A stretch of DNA of 64,000 nucleotides from Spirochaetota bacterium (GCA_035395685.1 DAOPBR010000004.1:2059-66058); one strand, 5' to 3'; positions 39,858-52,869 are shown, counted from the stretch's first letter. Notes: generated by a model from the sequence alone, not told the origin. Program-made: numbers and translations.

Positions 39858-40154
39858 TTATTTTGTTAACCTCTTTATGGTTTTTATTACTTCGGAAATT
39901 ACATCTGTTTTACCGTTTCTAATCTGATTAGAAACGCATTGTCTGACGTGATGCTCCAGAAGATATAGGGCAGTTCCGTTTAGAGCAGATTGGGCTGAAG
40001 CAATTTGATTAAGGACATCATCGCAGTAAGTATCTTCTTCAATCATTTTGCGGATTCCGCGAACTTGCCCTTCAATTCGTTTTAGCCGGGATTGAAGCTT
40101 TTTTTTTACATCTTCACTGTGATGTGCCTTATTGTGATGATTACAGCCGGACAT
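39858..40154 (-). CDS. csoR: CsoR/RcnR-family metal-sensing transcriptional repressor
   Basis: RL.RIEGQVRGI..M.E....C.DVL.Q....QSAL signature with metal-ligand Cys/His. Confidence 0.8.
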   Translation of the reverse strand: MSGCNHHNKAHHSEDVKKKLQSRLKRIEGQVRGIRKMIEEDTYCDDVLNQIASAQSALNGTALYLLEHHVRQCVSNQIRNGKTDVISEVIKTIKRLTK

Positions 40155-40244
40155 ACCCCCACCCCCTATATCTAATATATATCATTAATTCTATTCGTCA
40201 ATTATTGCTTGCAAAAATTATGTTTTCAGAACATATCAGGATAA

Positions 40245-41009
40245 ATGAAAGTCAGACGGATTGATATATCAAATGCTTCTCTACAGGATTTGTTGAAGAA
40301 TGTATGGATTCTGGAAGACAGTTCTTCCTCCGCCGGTCATATTCTTCTTCCGGTAAAGGAAATTGATTTGATGATTAATCTGTCCGGAAAAATACATCAT
40401 TCAGCAGTGGATTCTGTTATTGATACAGGACAAATGTTTTCAAACATGATAAGAAATACTTCGGTTGAAATATCTCATAGAGGAGAACTCGCAGTTCTGG
40501 GTATGTCGTTTAATTCTTATTCTTTTCCTGTTTGGAGTGAATTTTCTCTTGGAAAAATCAGAGAAAGATTTTATGAGTTAAGAACAGAGAATTCGGAATA
40601 CAAAGATGATGCAGTTTTGCTGATGAATCTTATCGCTGAGGAAATTGATGATGATTGGATTCCTGAAAAAAGAAATGTAAATATTATCAGATATTTTGAA
40701 TCCGACTGCGGAATGTCAAAGCTTGAAGATATATGCAGCCGGTTAGGGATAAGCTCTAGGACTGCCGAGCGTATTTTTGCTACATATGTTCAGATGCCTC
40801 CAAAAAAATATATGAGACTTTTGCGGTTTCGTTATTCTTTGAGAAAAATTATTTCTGAACATAAAGAAAATCTGACAGCCGCAGCTTATGATTGCAGTTA
40901 TTATGATCAGAGTCATTTTTGTGAAGAATTTAAATCATATACAGGCACAACCCCGGTTAATTTTTTAAAAAGAAAAGTTTCTGTGACCCAGAATATTGAA
41001 TTTATATAA
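40245..41009 (+). CDS. AraC-family transcriptional regulator
   Basis: C-terminal double HTH (ISSRTAERIF..., YYDQSHFCEEFK). Confidence 0.75.
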   Translation: MKVRRIDISNASLQDLLKNVWILEDSSSSAGHILLPVKEIDLMINLSGKIHHSAVDSVIDTGQMFSNMIRNTSVEISHRGELAVLGMSFNSYSFPVWSEFSLGKIRERFYELRTENSEYKDDAVLLMNLIAEEIDDDWIPEKRNVNIIRYFESDCGMSKLEDICSRLGISSRTAERIFATYVQMPPKKYMRLLRFRYSLRKIISEHKENLTAAAYDCSYYDQSHFCEEFKSYTGTTPVNFLKRKVSVTQNIEFI

Positions 41010-41087
41010 TTATTTAATAAATGTCGCGTTTTTCCTATTACAACAGTATTATTTTCAGTATTTCTTCCTTACCTTAAGGGAGGTTAT

Positions 41088-41405
41088 ATGAATAATATTT
41101 TTTCAGAAATTGTGGAATTCGTGATATCGGATAATTTATCACAGTCAGAATTTATTGAAATTGTCGATCTTCTTGAAAAAGAATTTCATTCGAAGATGAA
41201 AGGTTTTCGTGATACGGAACTTTTGAAAGGCAAAAAAGACAATGAATGGATAATGATTCAGCACTGGGATTCTTTTGATGATTGTAAAGCCGCAGTTCAG
41301 GCGATGATGAAATTAGAAAGTACCGAAAAATTCAGGGAAGCAATTATTCCGCAAAGCGTTAAAATGACAATACTTGAAAGATGCGGTTACTGGAAAGTTA
41401 ATTAG
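41088..41405 (+). CDS. Small cytoplasmic protein, possibly dimeric alpha+beta-barrel (ABM/Dabb-like)
   Basis: 105-aa ORF with RBS GGAGG; weak fold-level resemblance only. Confidence 0.4.
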   Translation: MNNIFSEIVEFVISDNLSQSEFIEIVDLLEKEFHSKMKGFRDTELLKGKKDNEWIMIQHWDSFDDCKAAVQAMMKLESTEKFREAIIPQSVKMTILERCGYWKVN

Positions 41406-41662
41406 TCTTTCCAGTTCCACCATTTTAATTTTTCAGGGTCATGATTTGTTTCTTTTGCGAAATATACTGCGCATCGGAAAACATATAGTACGCATCTGTC
41501 AAGTTTTGAAGCATAGAATCCGGAAAGTTCTTCGTAAAGTTTTTCCGGATTCTTATTCTTTAAATCCGATACTTGAAAAATTCCTAAACGGTTTAAATCT
41601 TTCACTGTTGCTTTTCCGACTCCGGGAATTATTAAAAGTTCGGATTTCTCATAATTTTTCAT
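41402..41662 (-). CDS. Helix-hairpin-helix domain protein
   Basis: IPGVGKATVKDLNRLGI HhH motif. Confidence 0.5.
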   Translation of the reverse strand: MKNYEKSELLIIPGVGKATVKDLNRLGIFQVSDLKNKNPEKLYEELSGFYASKLDRCVLYVFRCAVYFAKETNHDPEKLKWWNWKD

Positions 41663-42132
41663 CTGTTAATTACCGCTTTAATAAATTCAACCGGCATAAA
41701 AGTCTTAGTTGAAATTTCTTCAGACGAAAAACCTTCTTTGTTGAGACGCATGATTACATCATCCATGTTTTCGCCCACTTCAACGATAAAACCGTCGGGA
41801 TCATTGATTCTGAAAACTCTTTGCTGCCATGGCTGAATAATAACCGGATGAATTATTTTGACGCCGGATTTCTCTATGCGTTCAAAGGCTTCTTCGATAT
41901 TGCTTGTTTCGAGATAAATTTCTATATCATCGCTTTTACTTTCGGGTTTAAGTTTTCCGAAAATATTATTCTGTGCGTATTTTTTATCCCAAAGTGCGAG
42001 ACCGCCTTTGAAAGATATGTTGATTTCACCAATTTCAAGAACAACTTCTTGGCCGAGTATGTTCTGATAAAAATCCTTGGACTTTATGACGTTATTTGTA
42101 AAAAGTACAAAACCAGTTAAAGTAAATTTCAT
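41659..42132 (-). CDS. VOC (glyoxalase/bleomycin-resistance/dioxygenase) family protein
   Basis: Tandem beta-alpha-beta-beta-beta modules, KDFYQNILGQEVV N-terminus. Confidence 0.7.
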   Translation of the reverse strand: MKFTLTGFVLFTNNVIKSKDFYQNILGQEVVLEIGEINISFKGGLALWDKKYAQNNIFGKLKPESKSDDIEIYLETSNIEEAFERIEKSGVKIIHPVIIQPWQQRVFRINDPDGFIVEVGENMDDVIMRLNKEGFSSEEISTKTFMPVEFIKAVINR

Positions 42133-42143
42133 AATATTTCCTT

Positions 42144-42512
42144 TTATGAAGCAAAAGTAAAAATGAATCCGTCCGGATCTGTTGCCGAAAATTCTTTTCT
42201 GCCGTATGGCGTCACGTGTATGTGATGAATTATGCTGACATTTTGTTTTATTTTATCGTATAAAGCTTCCGAATCTTCAACAACCGTATAAAAAGTAAGA
42301 GCGCCTGATTTTTTTTCTTTTAGAAAAGGATATTCCTCTTCGATTGATTCCTTCTGCTGAAGCATTATTTCGGCATTACCGTTTTTCAGCATAACCCAGA
42401 CAGGGTTAACGTCCGGTACTTTCATAATAATTTCAAATCCTAGAATTATTTCATAAAACTTTAGGGAATTTGCAATATCAGCAACTTTTAAGTTCGGGGT
42501 GATGCTTTTCAT
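42144..42512 (-). CDS. VOC family protein (bleomycin/fosfomycin-resistance-like)
   Basis: LKVADIANSLKFYEIILGFEI... pattern. Confidence 0.7.
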   Translation of the reverse strand: MKSITPNLKVADIANSLKFYEIILGFEIIMKVPDVNPVWVMLKNGNAEIMLQQKESIEEEYPFLKEKKSGALTFYTVVEDSEALYDKIKQNVSIIHHIHVTPYGRKEFSATDPDGFIFTFAS

Positions 42513-42587
42513 ATTTCCTCCGTATCATAATATTCATAGTAACACAGGATGAAAATAATTATTGTAAAAAAAGGACAAAATAGAGAT

Positions 42588-43349
42588 TTATGAAATGCTT
42601 TTTAAAAAATCGCCGGGAGTCATTCCTGAGCATCGTTTGAAATCTCTAATGAAGTGCGGCTGGTCATAATATCCTTCCGGCAGAATAGTGCCGTAGTTAA
42701 TGATCTGTCGAAGACTGTTTTGAAATCTTAATACGGATGATATTTTCTTACGGGTCAATCCGAAATATTTGACGAAATATCTGTCTATGGTTTTGTCTGA
42801 AATGAGAAGATCTTTAGATCCGTTTTCTGCAAGCGAATTGAATATATTGAGCGAATAAATGAATTTGCTCTCGCGTATTTCTATTCTATGAAAGACTGTA
42901 GATAAATAAGAGTCAAAAAAAGCTTTTATCTGACGGCTTGTTTTATCGATGATATTATCCGCGATGAATTCGCAGTTAATTTGCGGATAGTTGAGTGCGG
43001 AAACAGAAGTGTTGGAAAGAGAATCTATTCCCTCGCGGATCAGATGATATGTTATTCCGGGTTTAAGCCGTATTCCGCAGGCGTTGATTCCGCTTCCTGG
43101 AATATAAAACTTTTCTGAAAATGTTCCGGTTATTTCCGAGAAATCTGCTATATCATGCGCATTGAGATTAAAAATAATATCAGCACAGCAGTCGGGATTA
43201 ACCAGAATGTCGCCGGATAATTCAGCTGTATTAAAAAACCAGTAGCACATTACAAATTCTTTTAGTGCATCTGACGGCGGCAATTCCGCATATCCGCTTG
43301 ATTCTCTTATCCTGCCTACGTTTACAATCTGAATAGGAATGTAATTCAT
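42588..43349 (-). CDS. AraC-family transcriptional regulator, paralog of 40245-41009
   Basis: C-terminal YYDQPHFIRDFKRCSGMTPGDF. Confidence 0.75.
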   Translation of the reverse strand: MNYIPIQIVNVGRIRESSGYAELPPSDALKEFVMCYWFFNTAELSGDILVNPDCCADIIFNLNAHDIADFSEITGTFSEKFYIPGSGINACGIRLKPGITYHLIREGIDSLSNTSVSALNYPQINCEFIADNIIDKTSRQIKAFFDSYLSTVFHRIEIRESKFIYSLNIFNSLAENGSKDLLISDKTIDRYFVKYFGLTRKKISSVLRFQNSLRQIINYGTILPEGYYDQPHFIRDFKRCSGMTPGDFLKSIS

Positions 43350-44203
43350 CAGAATCTTTCTTTTCGTGCCTTGATTAATCCGCCGAATGTATTGTCGATG
43401 AGATGTGTAATGACGAATGCTTTTGAATCGAGTTCCTTGGAAATTTTAATTATCTTAGGGACTTCAAATCTTGTAACAACGCAGAAAAGAATATCCTGAT
43501 CGGTCATTGCTAATCCGCGTTTGCCTTTGTAGATTGTCATCCCGATTGCGAATTCTTTCATTATGAATTGTTTTATTTTTTCACTTTCGGAAGATATTAT
43601 CGTGACTGCGGTGTATTCTTCAATTCCGTTTAAGATAAAATCTATGCTCTTTGATGCCACCACATATGTAAGAATGGAATACATTGCTCTTTCGACACCT
43701 AAAACCACCCCGTCAACGGAAAACAAAAACACATTGAAGATGAAAATGATACTTCCAACAGTCAGTCCCATCTTTTTGCTGAGAATCAATGATGCTATTT
43801 CCGTTCCGTCAAGAACCGATCCGCTTCTTACCGCGAAACCGATTCCGGCTCCGAGAAGCGCTCCTCCGAAAACTGCCGAAAGAATTTTGTCATCAGTTAT
43901 TGTCGGATACTTGAAAATGAAAAGACAGAGAGAAAGAAGACTTATCGTTAAAACGCTCTTAATTATCGAGACCTTGTTTAAAGTTCTGAATCCGATAGCT
44001 ATGAAAGGAAGATTGATTATGATTATAAAAACTGATAGAGGTATTTTGGTGACTTCAGAGAAAAGCATGGACATTCCTGTTACCCCTCCGTCAAGGAAGC
44101 CGTTAGGAATAAGAAAACTTTCAAGTCCGATTGCGGCGCAGAAAACAGCCAGAGCGATGCCGAATGCATCTGAAAAGATTTTATAATATATAGTATTTCT
44201 CAT
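43349..44203 (-). CDS. YitT-family membrane protein (DUF161 + DUF2179)
   Basis: 5-TM N-terminal region and C-terminal DUF2179-like soluble domain. Confidence 0.75.
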   Translation of the reverse strand: MRNTIYYKIFSDAFGIALAVFCAAIGLESFLIPNGFLDGGVTGMSMLFSEVTKIPLSVFIIIINLPFIAIGFRTLNKVSIIKSVLTISLLSLCLFIFKYPTITDDKILSAVFGGALLGAGIGFAVRSGSVLDGTEIASLILSKKMGLTVGSIIFIFNVFLFSVDGVVLGVERAMYSILTYVVASKSIDFILNGIEEYTAVTIISSESEKIKQFIMKEFAIGMTIYKGKRGLAMTDQDILFCVVTRFEVPKIIKISKELDSKAFVITHLIDNTFGGLIKARKERF

Positions 44204-44326
44204 TTCACCAATTCTAATTCCGGGGACGGCTTTGCAAGAAAAAATTAAATCATCTCGGTGTTTATTTATACAAATAAAACTTGACTGCCGGTATTTTTTT
44301 TATATGGTTAGCTAAGGCAGGCCTTT

Positions 44327-45043
44327 ATGAAAACCATTTTTTCGGATTATATATCTTCAAAAGTTCAGGATACTCTTCAGTCGGATTTTGACAGCAAGAA
44401 CGCAAAATATGTTCCATTTATTACATTTTCACGCGAATACGGCTGCGGAGGCGATCACATTACTCAGAAAATATGTTCTGTTTTGTCTTCGTGCTCTGAT
44501 TCTGACGGCAAGGTTTGCGAATGGAAGAGAATAAATCATGAAGTTATTGCCGAGGCTGCGGCTGAGATCGGCGTTCCGGCTGAAATTGTGAAAGAGATGA
44601 CTTACCAGAAAATAGATGATTACTTTGTAAGTTCATTTTTTAATTTTTCATTTTCTAAATATTCAAAGCCTTCGGTTGATACAGTAAGAAATGCCATTGC
44701 AAGAGTTATTGCGAAATTTGCACAGGAGGGAAGGGTTATTATTCTCGGAAGGGGAGGCGCATCTATTACCCGTCATTATGAGAATTCCCTTCATATCAGA
44801 CTGCATGCTCCGATTGAATGGAGAGTAAAGCAGGTTGCAGAAAGAGAAAAGATTTCTATTGAGAAGGCGAAAGTTCTTACTAAGAAAATTGATTCCGAAA
44901 GATATGCTCTCAGAAATTATTTTGAAGGTGCAGCCTCTGACAAAACGATATTTGACGTCATTTACAACTCTATGACTCTGTCCGAAGACGAAATCATAGA
45001 GTCAATACTTGCCATCGCAAGAAAAAAAGGATTTATTTCTTAA
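44327..45043 (+). CDS. Cytidylate-kinase-like family protein
   Basis: ITFSREYGCGGDHI N-terminal motif and RVIILGRGG. Confidence 0.55.
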   Translation: MKTIFSDYISSKVQDTLQSDFDSKNAKYVPFITFSREYGCGGDHITQKICSVLSSCSDSDGKVCEWKRINHEVIAEAAAEIGVPAEIVKEMTYQKIDDYFVSSFFNFSFSKYSKPSVDTVRNAIARVIAKFAQEGRVIILGRGGASITRHYENSLHIRLHAPIEWRVKQVAEREKISIEKAKVLTKKIDSERYALRNYFEGAASDKTIFDVIYNSMTLSEDEIIESILAIARKKGFIS

Positions 45044-45293
45044 TCATCCGTTTCTACAAGAGCAGTAATGCTGTTGGCGTAGACTTGGACAAATCCCCCG
45101 GTAATTTTAAATTCACGTTTTCCGGTTTTTATTCCAGGAATTTCAAGAGAAATAATTCCGTCTTTAAGCGCACTGCAGAAAGGAACATGGTTCCGTAAAA
45201 TGCCGAAGCTTCCTTCCGTTCCGGGAGCGGAAAAGAAAAGAACTTTTCCGCTGAACAAAATGCCTTCGGGAGAAATTATCTCAGCTGTCAGCA

Positions 45294-45294
<1 letters not shown>
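45040..45294 (-). CDS. atpC: F1 ATP synthase epsilon subunit, short form (beta-sandwich only, no C-terminal helical domain)
   Basis: Position after atpD with overlapping stop/start; N-terminal domain similarity. Confidence 0.75.
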
Positions 45295-47578
<2,284 letters not shown>

Positions 47579-47579
47579 T

Positions 47580-49235
47580 TTATATTTTGGAAGCTACAGA
47601 GCTTTCCTTTACCTCTATTTCTTCATTCAGATTCATATTCTTGAAATCGGGCATTATCTTTTCTTTTCCTTCACTGCCTCCGACTCTCACTTTTCCGCCT
47701 TTTGCTTTGCTTGCCTGTATCTGTTTTTCGATAGTAAAGCTGTCGGAAAAAGTTTTTACGGCAGAATGTATTTTCTCTTTCAAAAAATCAGAAATTTCTT
47801 TTCTATCACGGATCTCATCAAGAATATACTGATGATTGTTTTTTATGAATGAAAGAAGATCTGTTTCGTATTTAGAAATTGCCATAACATCGATTTCATC
47901 AAGATATCCGTTTGTGGCGGCAAAAAATATCATAATCTGTTCTTCAAACTGCATCGGTGAATATTGAGACTGTTTGAGTATTTCGATTAGACGTTCTCCG
48001 CGTTTGAGCTGAGCCTGAGTAGCCGCGTCGAGATCGGAGCCGAATTTAGCGAAAGCCTCAACGTCGCGGTACTGAGCCAGGTCAATCTTAAGTGATCCCA
48101 CAACCTGTTTCATCGCCTTAATCTGCGCCGCACCTCCGACACGTGAAACCGAATAACCTACGTCGATTGCAGGACGGAGTCCCGAGTTGAAAAGATTCGC
48201 TTCAAGAAACATCTGTCCGTCGGTAATAGATATTACGTTTGTCGGAATAAAAGCAGAAATGTCTCCCGCCTGTGTTTCTATAATAGGAAGGGCTGTAAGA
48301 GAGCCTCCGCCGAGTTCGTCATTAAGTTTAGCCGCACGTTCGAGAAGGCGTGAGTGAAGATAAAAGACGTCACCCGGATAGGCTTCTCTTCCCGGAGGTC
48401 TGCGAAGAAGAAGCGACATCTGTCTGTATGACCAAGCCTGTTTTGTTAAATCATCATAAACGATAAGAGCATGCATTCCGTTGTCGCGGAAGAATTCGCC
48501 CATAGCGCATCCGGAATAAGGCGCTAGAAACTGCAGAGGCGCCGGATCGGATGCAGTGGATGCAACGACAATGGTATATTCCATCGCGCCGAATTCTTCA
48601 AGCCTTGCCACAATATTCGCGACAGTTGAAGCTTTCTGACCGATTGCGACATAGACACAGAAAACATCTTTACCCTTCTGATTGATTATAGCGTCGATAC
48701 AAACAGCGGTTTTGCCGGTTTTTTTATCTCCGATGATAAGTTCGCGCTGACCGCGTCCGATTGGAATCAATCCATCGATTGCCTTGATTCCGGTTGCAAG
48801 CGGCTCGGTTACGGATTTTCTGGTAAGAACGCCTGTAGCTTTTCTTTCGATGGGATACTTCTGCGATGAGGCTATTGGACCTTTTCCGTCAATGGGTTCA
48901 CCGAGAGGATTTACGACACGGCCGAGAAGTTCTTTTCCTACAGGGACTTCTGCGACTTTTCCTGTACGTTTTACAGTATCTCCCTGTTTGATGAGGTTTT
49001 CGCCTGTGAAGAGTACAGCTCCGACATTGTCTTCTTCGAGGTTAAGCGCCATTCCGGTTACGTCATTCGGAAAAACGAGAAGTTCTCCGTTCATGACTTT
49101 GTCAAGCCCGGAAACGCGCGCAATGCCGTCGCCTACAAGAATAACTTCTCCGGTTTCTTCTACTCCGCCCTTGGACGAATAATTTTCTATCTGCTGTTTC
49201 AGAACCTGTGCAATTTCATTTGATTTGATCTGCAT
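47580..49235 (-). CDS. atpA: F1 ATP synthase alpha subunit (with about 40-aa C-terminal Lys/Glu-rich extension)
   Basis: GDKKTGKT P-loop; conserved throughout; 551 aa versus the usual about 505. Confidence 0.97.
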   Translation of the reverse strand: MQIKSNEIAQVLKQQIENYSSKGGVEETGEVILVGDGIARVSGLDKVMNGELLVFPNDVTGMALNLEEDNVGAVLFTGENLIKQGDTVKRTGKVAEVPVGKELLGRVVNPLGEPIDGKGPIASSQKYPIERKATGVLTRKSVTEPLATGIKAIDGLIPIGRGQRELIIGDKKTGKTAVCIDAIINQKGKDVFCVYVAIGQKASTVANIVARLEEFGAMEYTIVVASTASDPAPLQFLAPYSGCAMGEFFRDNGMHALIVYDDLTKQAWSYRQMSLLLRRPPGREAYPGDVFYLHSRLLERAAKLNDELGGGSLTALPIIETQAGDISAFIPTNVISITDGQMFLEANLFNSGLRPAIDVGYSVSRVGGAAQIKAMKQVVGSLKIDLAQYRDVEAFAKFGSDLDAATQAQLKRGERLIEILKQSQYSPMQFEEQIMIFFAATNGYLDEIDVMAISKYETDLLSFIKNNHQYILDEIRDRKEISDFLKEKIHSAVKTFSDSFTIEKQIQASKAKGGKVRVGGSEGKEKIMPDFKNMNLNEEIEVKESSVASKI

Positions 49236-49246
49236 GTTACCGCCCG

Positions 49247-49792
49247 TTATACCGATGAATTCATTATATGGTTTTTCATCCGGTTCAAAGATCCGGATAC
49301 GCTGTAGTCATAAATGACATTATCGATTTTAAGTATAAACCCTCCTAAAATGGAAGGGTCTGTTTCGTTTTTTATTTCATATTCGCAGTCTGGGAATAAT
49401 TTCCGGATGAAATTCATAATCTGACTGTTGTTTTTTTCTGATAATTCTGATGAAGTTGTTATTTCTACAGGAACAATCTTTCTATGTCTTTTTTCATAAA
49501 TATTCCACTCAAAGCAGAATTTTTCAAAAAGAGAAAATCTCCCATTGTCAATCATAATGTTGAAGCAGTTGCTTAAAAGAGTGCTGAGATTTTCGCGGTT
49601 GTCTTCGATAAAATCTTTTTTTGCTGAAGGCGAAACTGAAGAAGACAACAGAAAATTCATTATTTTCTGATCGGCTAAAAACTTCTCGGTGAAAAAAAGC
49701 ATTCCTCTGGAAACTTCATCAAGCTTGCCGAGCTTGACGGAAGTTTCGCAGAGAGCCTTCGCGTATCTTTTAGAAATCAGTGATTTATCCAT
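49247..49792 (-). CDS. atpH: F1 ATP synthase delta subunit (OSCP)
   Basis: Operon position and size; weak sequence conservation. Confidence 0.7.
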   Translation of the reverse strand: MDKSLISKRYAKALCETSVKLGKLDEVSRGMLFFTEKFLADQKIMNFLLSSSVSPSAKKDFIEDNRENLSTLLSNCFNIMIDNGRFSLFEKFCFEWNIYEKRHRKIVPVEITTSSELSEKNNSQIMNFIRKLFPDCEYEIKNETDPSILGGFILKIDNVIYDYSVSGSLNRMKNHIMNSSV

Positions 49793-50274
49793 CAGTTGAT
49801 TAGCCTGTCTACGGTTTCAGAAATTATTCTGTCATTTTCTTCAGGAGTTAATGTCCGCATCAGAATTTTCTGTGAAGCCAGTATTGTAAGCCCTGCAATA
49901 TCCTTTCTTAAATCTTCTATGATGCGGCCTCTTTCAATTTCAACCTGATCGCGTGCCTGCTGAAGAATCATCTGCGTTTCGAGTTTTGCCGTTTCAATTA
50001 TGTCCGCGCGGATTCTCTCCGCGTTTCTTTTTGATTCGAGCATTATACGTTCGGCTTCTTTTTTTGTGTTAAGAAGAATTTCTTCGCTTTCGCGTATATT
50101 CTTCTCGGAATCAATGTTAGCTTTTTTAGAGCTTTCGATTTCAGTCTGGATCATCTCTTCGCGTTCGCGTATAGTACGCAGAATCGGTTTCCAGAAAAAT
50201 TTTGCAAAAATCACATAAGTTATCAGAAAACTGACTACGATTAATATTGATAATCCGAGATTAAGAGAAACCAT
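49792..50274 (-). CDS. atpF: F0 ATP synthase subunit b
   Basis: Single N-terminal TM plus long charged coiled coil; operon position. Confidence 0.75.
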   Translation of the reverse strand: MVSLNLGLSILIVVSFLITYVIFAKFFWKPILRTIREREEMIQTEIESSKKANIDSEKNIRESEEILLNTKKEAERIMLESKRNAERIRADIIETAKLETQMILQQARDQVEIERGRIIEDLRKDIAGLTILASQKILMRTLTPEENDRIISETVDRLIN

Positions 50275-50285
50275 ATCTGCCTCGA

Positions 50286-50519
50286 TTATTTTCCATTATA
50301 AATAAGAAACGCGATAAGCGCGCAGAAGAAGGCAACACCTTCGACAAGCGCTGCACCGAGAATCATCAGTGTCTGAATTTTTGATGCTGATTCCGGCTGA
50401 CGCGCAACGCTTTCCATCGCTGATGATGCGATTTTTCCTATACCAAGACCAGCGCCGAGTGCTACAATTCCTGCTCCGATTCCTGCTCCGAAGAGCGCTA
50501 AACCTGTTCCAAGTTCCAT
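50286..50519 (-). CDS. atpE: F0 ATP synthase subunit c (proton-type ion site)
   Basis: Gly-rich helix 1, ARQPE loop, conserved Glu in helix 2. Confidence 0.85.
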   Translation of the reverse strand: MELGTGLALFGAGIGAGIVALGAGLGIGKIASSAMESVARQPESASKIQTLMILGAALVEGVAFFCALIAFLIYNGK

Positions 50520-50534
50520 AAAAGTCTCCTTATA

Positions 50535-51458
50535 TTAATGTGATTCATTCAGCGAATTTCCGATGAACATCGCCGAAAGAAGTGTGAATACATAGGCTTG
50601 TAAAAATGCCACGAGTATTTCTAAAACATATATGAATACTGCTCCGAACACGCCGGGGATGATGACTCCGATATTCCAGCTGAGATTAACACTGTTCCAT
50701 CCGAGAAGAAGAAAAGTTAGGATTACCGCATGTCCCGCAACCATATTCGCGAAAAGGCGGATTGAAAGAGCAAAAGGTTTTGTGAGTATCTGCATGAATT
50801 CTAGCGGAAACAGAAATATATTCATTCCGATTACGGCAGGCGTTGCCATGTCTCCCTTTTTAATCGGCATGAAAGTTTTAAGATAACCGAAAAAACCGTG
50901 TTTGCTTATTGCCGCAATCTGCCATACAATCAAAACAATAAAGGCGAATGCGGAGGTTATTGATAAATTCTTTGTTGCCTGACTCATAAAAGGGAAAAGC
51001 CCGATGATATCCTGAAGGAGCAGAAAGAAAAAAAGAGTCAGGAAGAAAGGAAGATACTTGTTATAGTCATGCGGCATTGCCGGTTTAACGATATCGTCAC
51101 GGACAAAAAGAACAATTGCTTCTATCATCTGTCCCAGAAATCCGGTCTGTACAAGTTTTTTCTTTTTAAAGCGTCTGAGAATGAGAATTAGAACAATAAA
51201 ACCTATCCAGTAGAAGATAAAATGATTCGTTAAGGAGAAATCAAAGCTGAAAGATCCTATTTGAACCGGTTTGAATTGAGGAAGCTCTATTTTAATTCCG
51301 GGAAATTCAATATAACCGTGATCCGAGAGATGATGCATCAGCGGATCCTGTTCGTGAGCGGGTTCAGTGGGTGTGCGGTAGGGCACCGCGGACAGATTTG
51401 CAGAAACAAGCAAAGCCGCTATCAGAAACAGAATTTTTATGCTCTGTCTTGATTTCAT
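50535..51458 (-). CDS. atpB: F0 ATP synthase subunit a (with N-terminal signal-like extension)
   Basis: Conserved Arg helix LSIRLFANMVAGH; 307 aa. Confidence 0.85.
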   Translation of the reverse strand: MKSRQSIKILFLIAALLVSANLSAVPYRTPTEPAHEQDPLMHHLSDHGYIEFPGIKIELPQFKPVQIGSFSFDFSLTNHFIFYWIGFIVLILILRRFKKKKLVQTGFLGQMIEAIVLFVRDDIVKPAMPHDYNKYLPFFLTLFFFLLLQDIIGLFPFMSQATKNLSITSAFAFIVLIVWQIAAISKHGFFGYLKTFMPIKKGDMATPAVIGMNIFLFPLEFMQILTKPFALSIRLFANMVAGHAVILTFLLLGWNSVNLSWNIGVIIPGVFGAVFIYVLEILVAFLQAYVFTLLSAMFIGNSLNESH

Positions 51459-51470
51459 AATTCCCCTTTT

Positions 51471-51734
51471 CTAAAGTTTATCTTTTTTTAACATTATATA
51501 AAGATAAACCATTGAAGCAGAAAAACCCCATGCCGCGAAAATTATAGTGAAAAGATGCTGGAATCCGAATTTTTTATCAACCCATCTTCCGGCAAGTATC
51601 AAACCGAAAACCGCGAAGCATATCGTAAAAGCCAAGCCGATTACCCTGTCAAAGATCCTTGCGGATTCATGACTTGAAGAAATCGTTTTCTTGACCTCTT
51701 TCTGCATAAGTAACCATAGTGTAGAACGAAGCAT
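51471..51734 (-). CDS. atpI: AtpZ/AtpI-like small membrane protein heading the ATP synthase operon
   Basis: 87 aa, 2 TM, position immediately upstream of atpB. Confidence 0.5.
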   Translation of the reverse strand: MLRSTLWLLMQKEVKKTISSSHESARIFDRVIGLAFTICFAVFGLILAGRWVDKKFGFQHLFTIIFAAWGFSASMVYLYIMLKKDKL

Positions 51735-51858
51735 AAAGACAAGATTAATTTTAATAAATTTTGATAATTAACGGGGATGTTACAGAAAAGAGAACATTTG
51801 AAAACATAATTTAATTCAAAATTAAAAAAAGTTTAGTCTGGGTGAATTTGTTAAATAT

Positions 51859-51930
51859 CGCTCTCCCCGGGAATCGAACCCGGGCACCCGGCTCCGGAGG
51901 CCGGTGCTCTATCCACTGAGCTAGGAGAGC
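51859..51930 (-). tRNA. tRNA-Arg (anticodon CCG)
   Basis: Minus strand gctctcc-ta-gctc-agtggata-gagc-a-ccggc-ctCCGga-gccgg-gtgc-ccggg-ttcgatt-cccgg-ggagagc-g; 4-nt variable loop. Confidence 0.8.
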
Positions 51931-51981
51931 CGATTGTTGAAGGTCTCTTTGAGTCTTTGCTGCGTCAAGGAGATTTTATTA

Positions 51982-52869
51982 TCAATTAATTGCTTTAGCG
52001 GGGCACACCGTACTGCATATTCCGCATAAAATGCATTCGGTTGATGTCACGGGTTTGCCTTCCTTGATATAACTCATGACATCCACATCCATCGGACATG
52101 ATGATGAGCATTTTCCGCATTCTATGCATTTATTTCCTGAAGGGTATTTCTTTATGCGCGCTAAACGCGACGGAAATTTCATTACAAGGGAAACGGGACA
52201 CAGAATCTTGCAAAAAGCACGTTTTTTGCCGAATGCAAAAGCGAGTATTACGGCGGCGGCATAATAAATAGCGTTTCCGCAGAGAAAAAGAATCAGCTGG
52301 TCGAATTTTGCTGTCTGAAAAAGAGTAAGGTCTGATCCGATAATATGACCCTGCATATAGTCGTAACCTGATTTGATGAATAGAAACGGAATAAGAAGTG
52401 ATGCCGCAAAAACGGGAATTCTAAAAAAAGTATACTTAGACGGGATTTTGCAGTTTGTTTTTATCGGAAGCCATTCGAGTATAGCAGCAGTCCAGCAAGC
52501 CCATCCGCAGAAACCGCGGCCCCAGATGAGAGGCCCTAAAACTTTTGCGATGGCATAGTGAATGAGAACTCTTGCGAATATTCCGGCTGAAAGGAAATAT
52601 GCAAAATAGAAAACCGTTTCTTCCAACTGCATGTTTTCTCTCTGTATTAATCCGAAAAAGACAATGAAAAGAGGACAGATCATTAAAATTGCAATGCGCC
52701 TTCCGATGTCAGTGATTTTAAATTTTGCTTCTAAAATCTGACCAAGACTGATGCAGAAGCCGATGTATGAAAAAATAAAAAAGAAAATCTTCCAGACTGT
52801 AAATCCGAGGATTGTTGAAAGAGTCAGTCCTATCAGAAAAGGAATGAAATATGAGAATCTGATTTTCAC
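51982..52869 (-). CDS. Polytopic membrane protein with two C-terminal 4Fe-4S ferredoxin motifs (NapH/MauN-like)
   Basis: CIECGKCSSSCP and CILCGICSTVCP clusters. Confidence 0.7.
   Translation of the reverse strand: MKIRFSYFIPFLIGLTLSTILGFTVWKIFFFIFSYIGFCISLGQILEAKFKITDIGRRIAILMICPLFIVFFGLIQRENMQLEETVFYFAYFLSAGIFARVLIHYAIAKVLGPLIWGRGFCGWACWTAAILEWLPIKTNCKIPSKYTFFRIPVFAASLLIPFLFIKSGYDYMQGHIIGSDLTLFQTAKFDQLILFLCGNAIYYAAAVILAFAFGKKRAFCKILCPVSLVMKFPSRLARIKKYPSGNKCIECGKCSSSCPMDVDVMSYIKEGKPVTSTECILCGICSTVCPAKAIN

Noticed and set aside
43563-44186. 207-aa + strand ORF
   Set aside because: Antisense to the YitT membrane-protein gene.
48784-49182. 132-aa + strand ORF
   Set aside because: Antisense to atpA; Ser/Pro/Thr-rich artefact typical of antisense frames of conserved genes.
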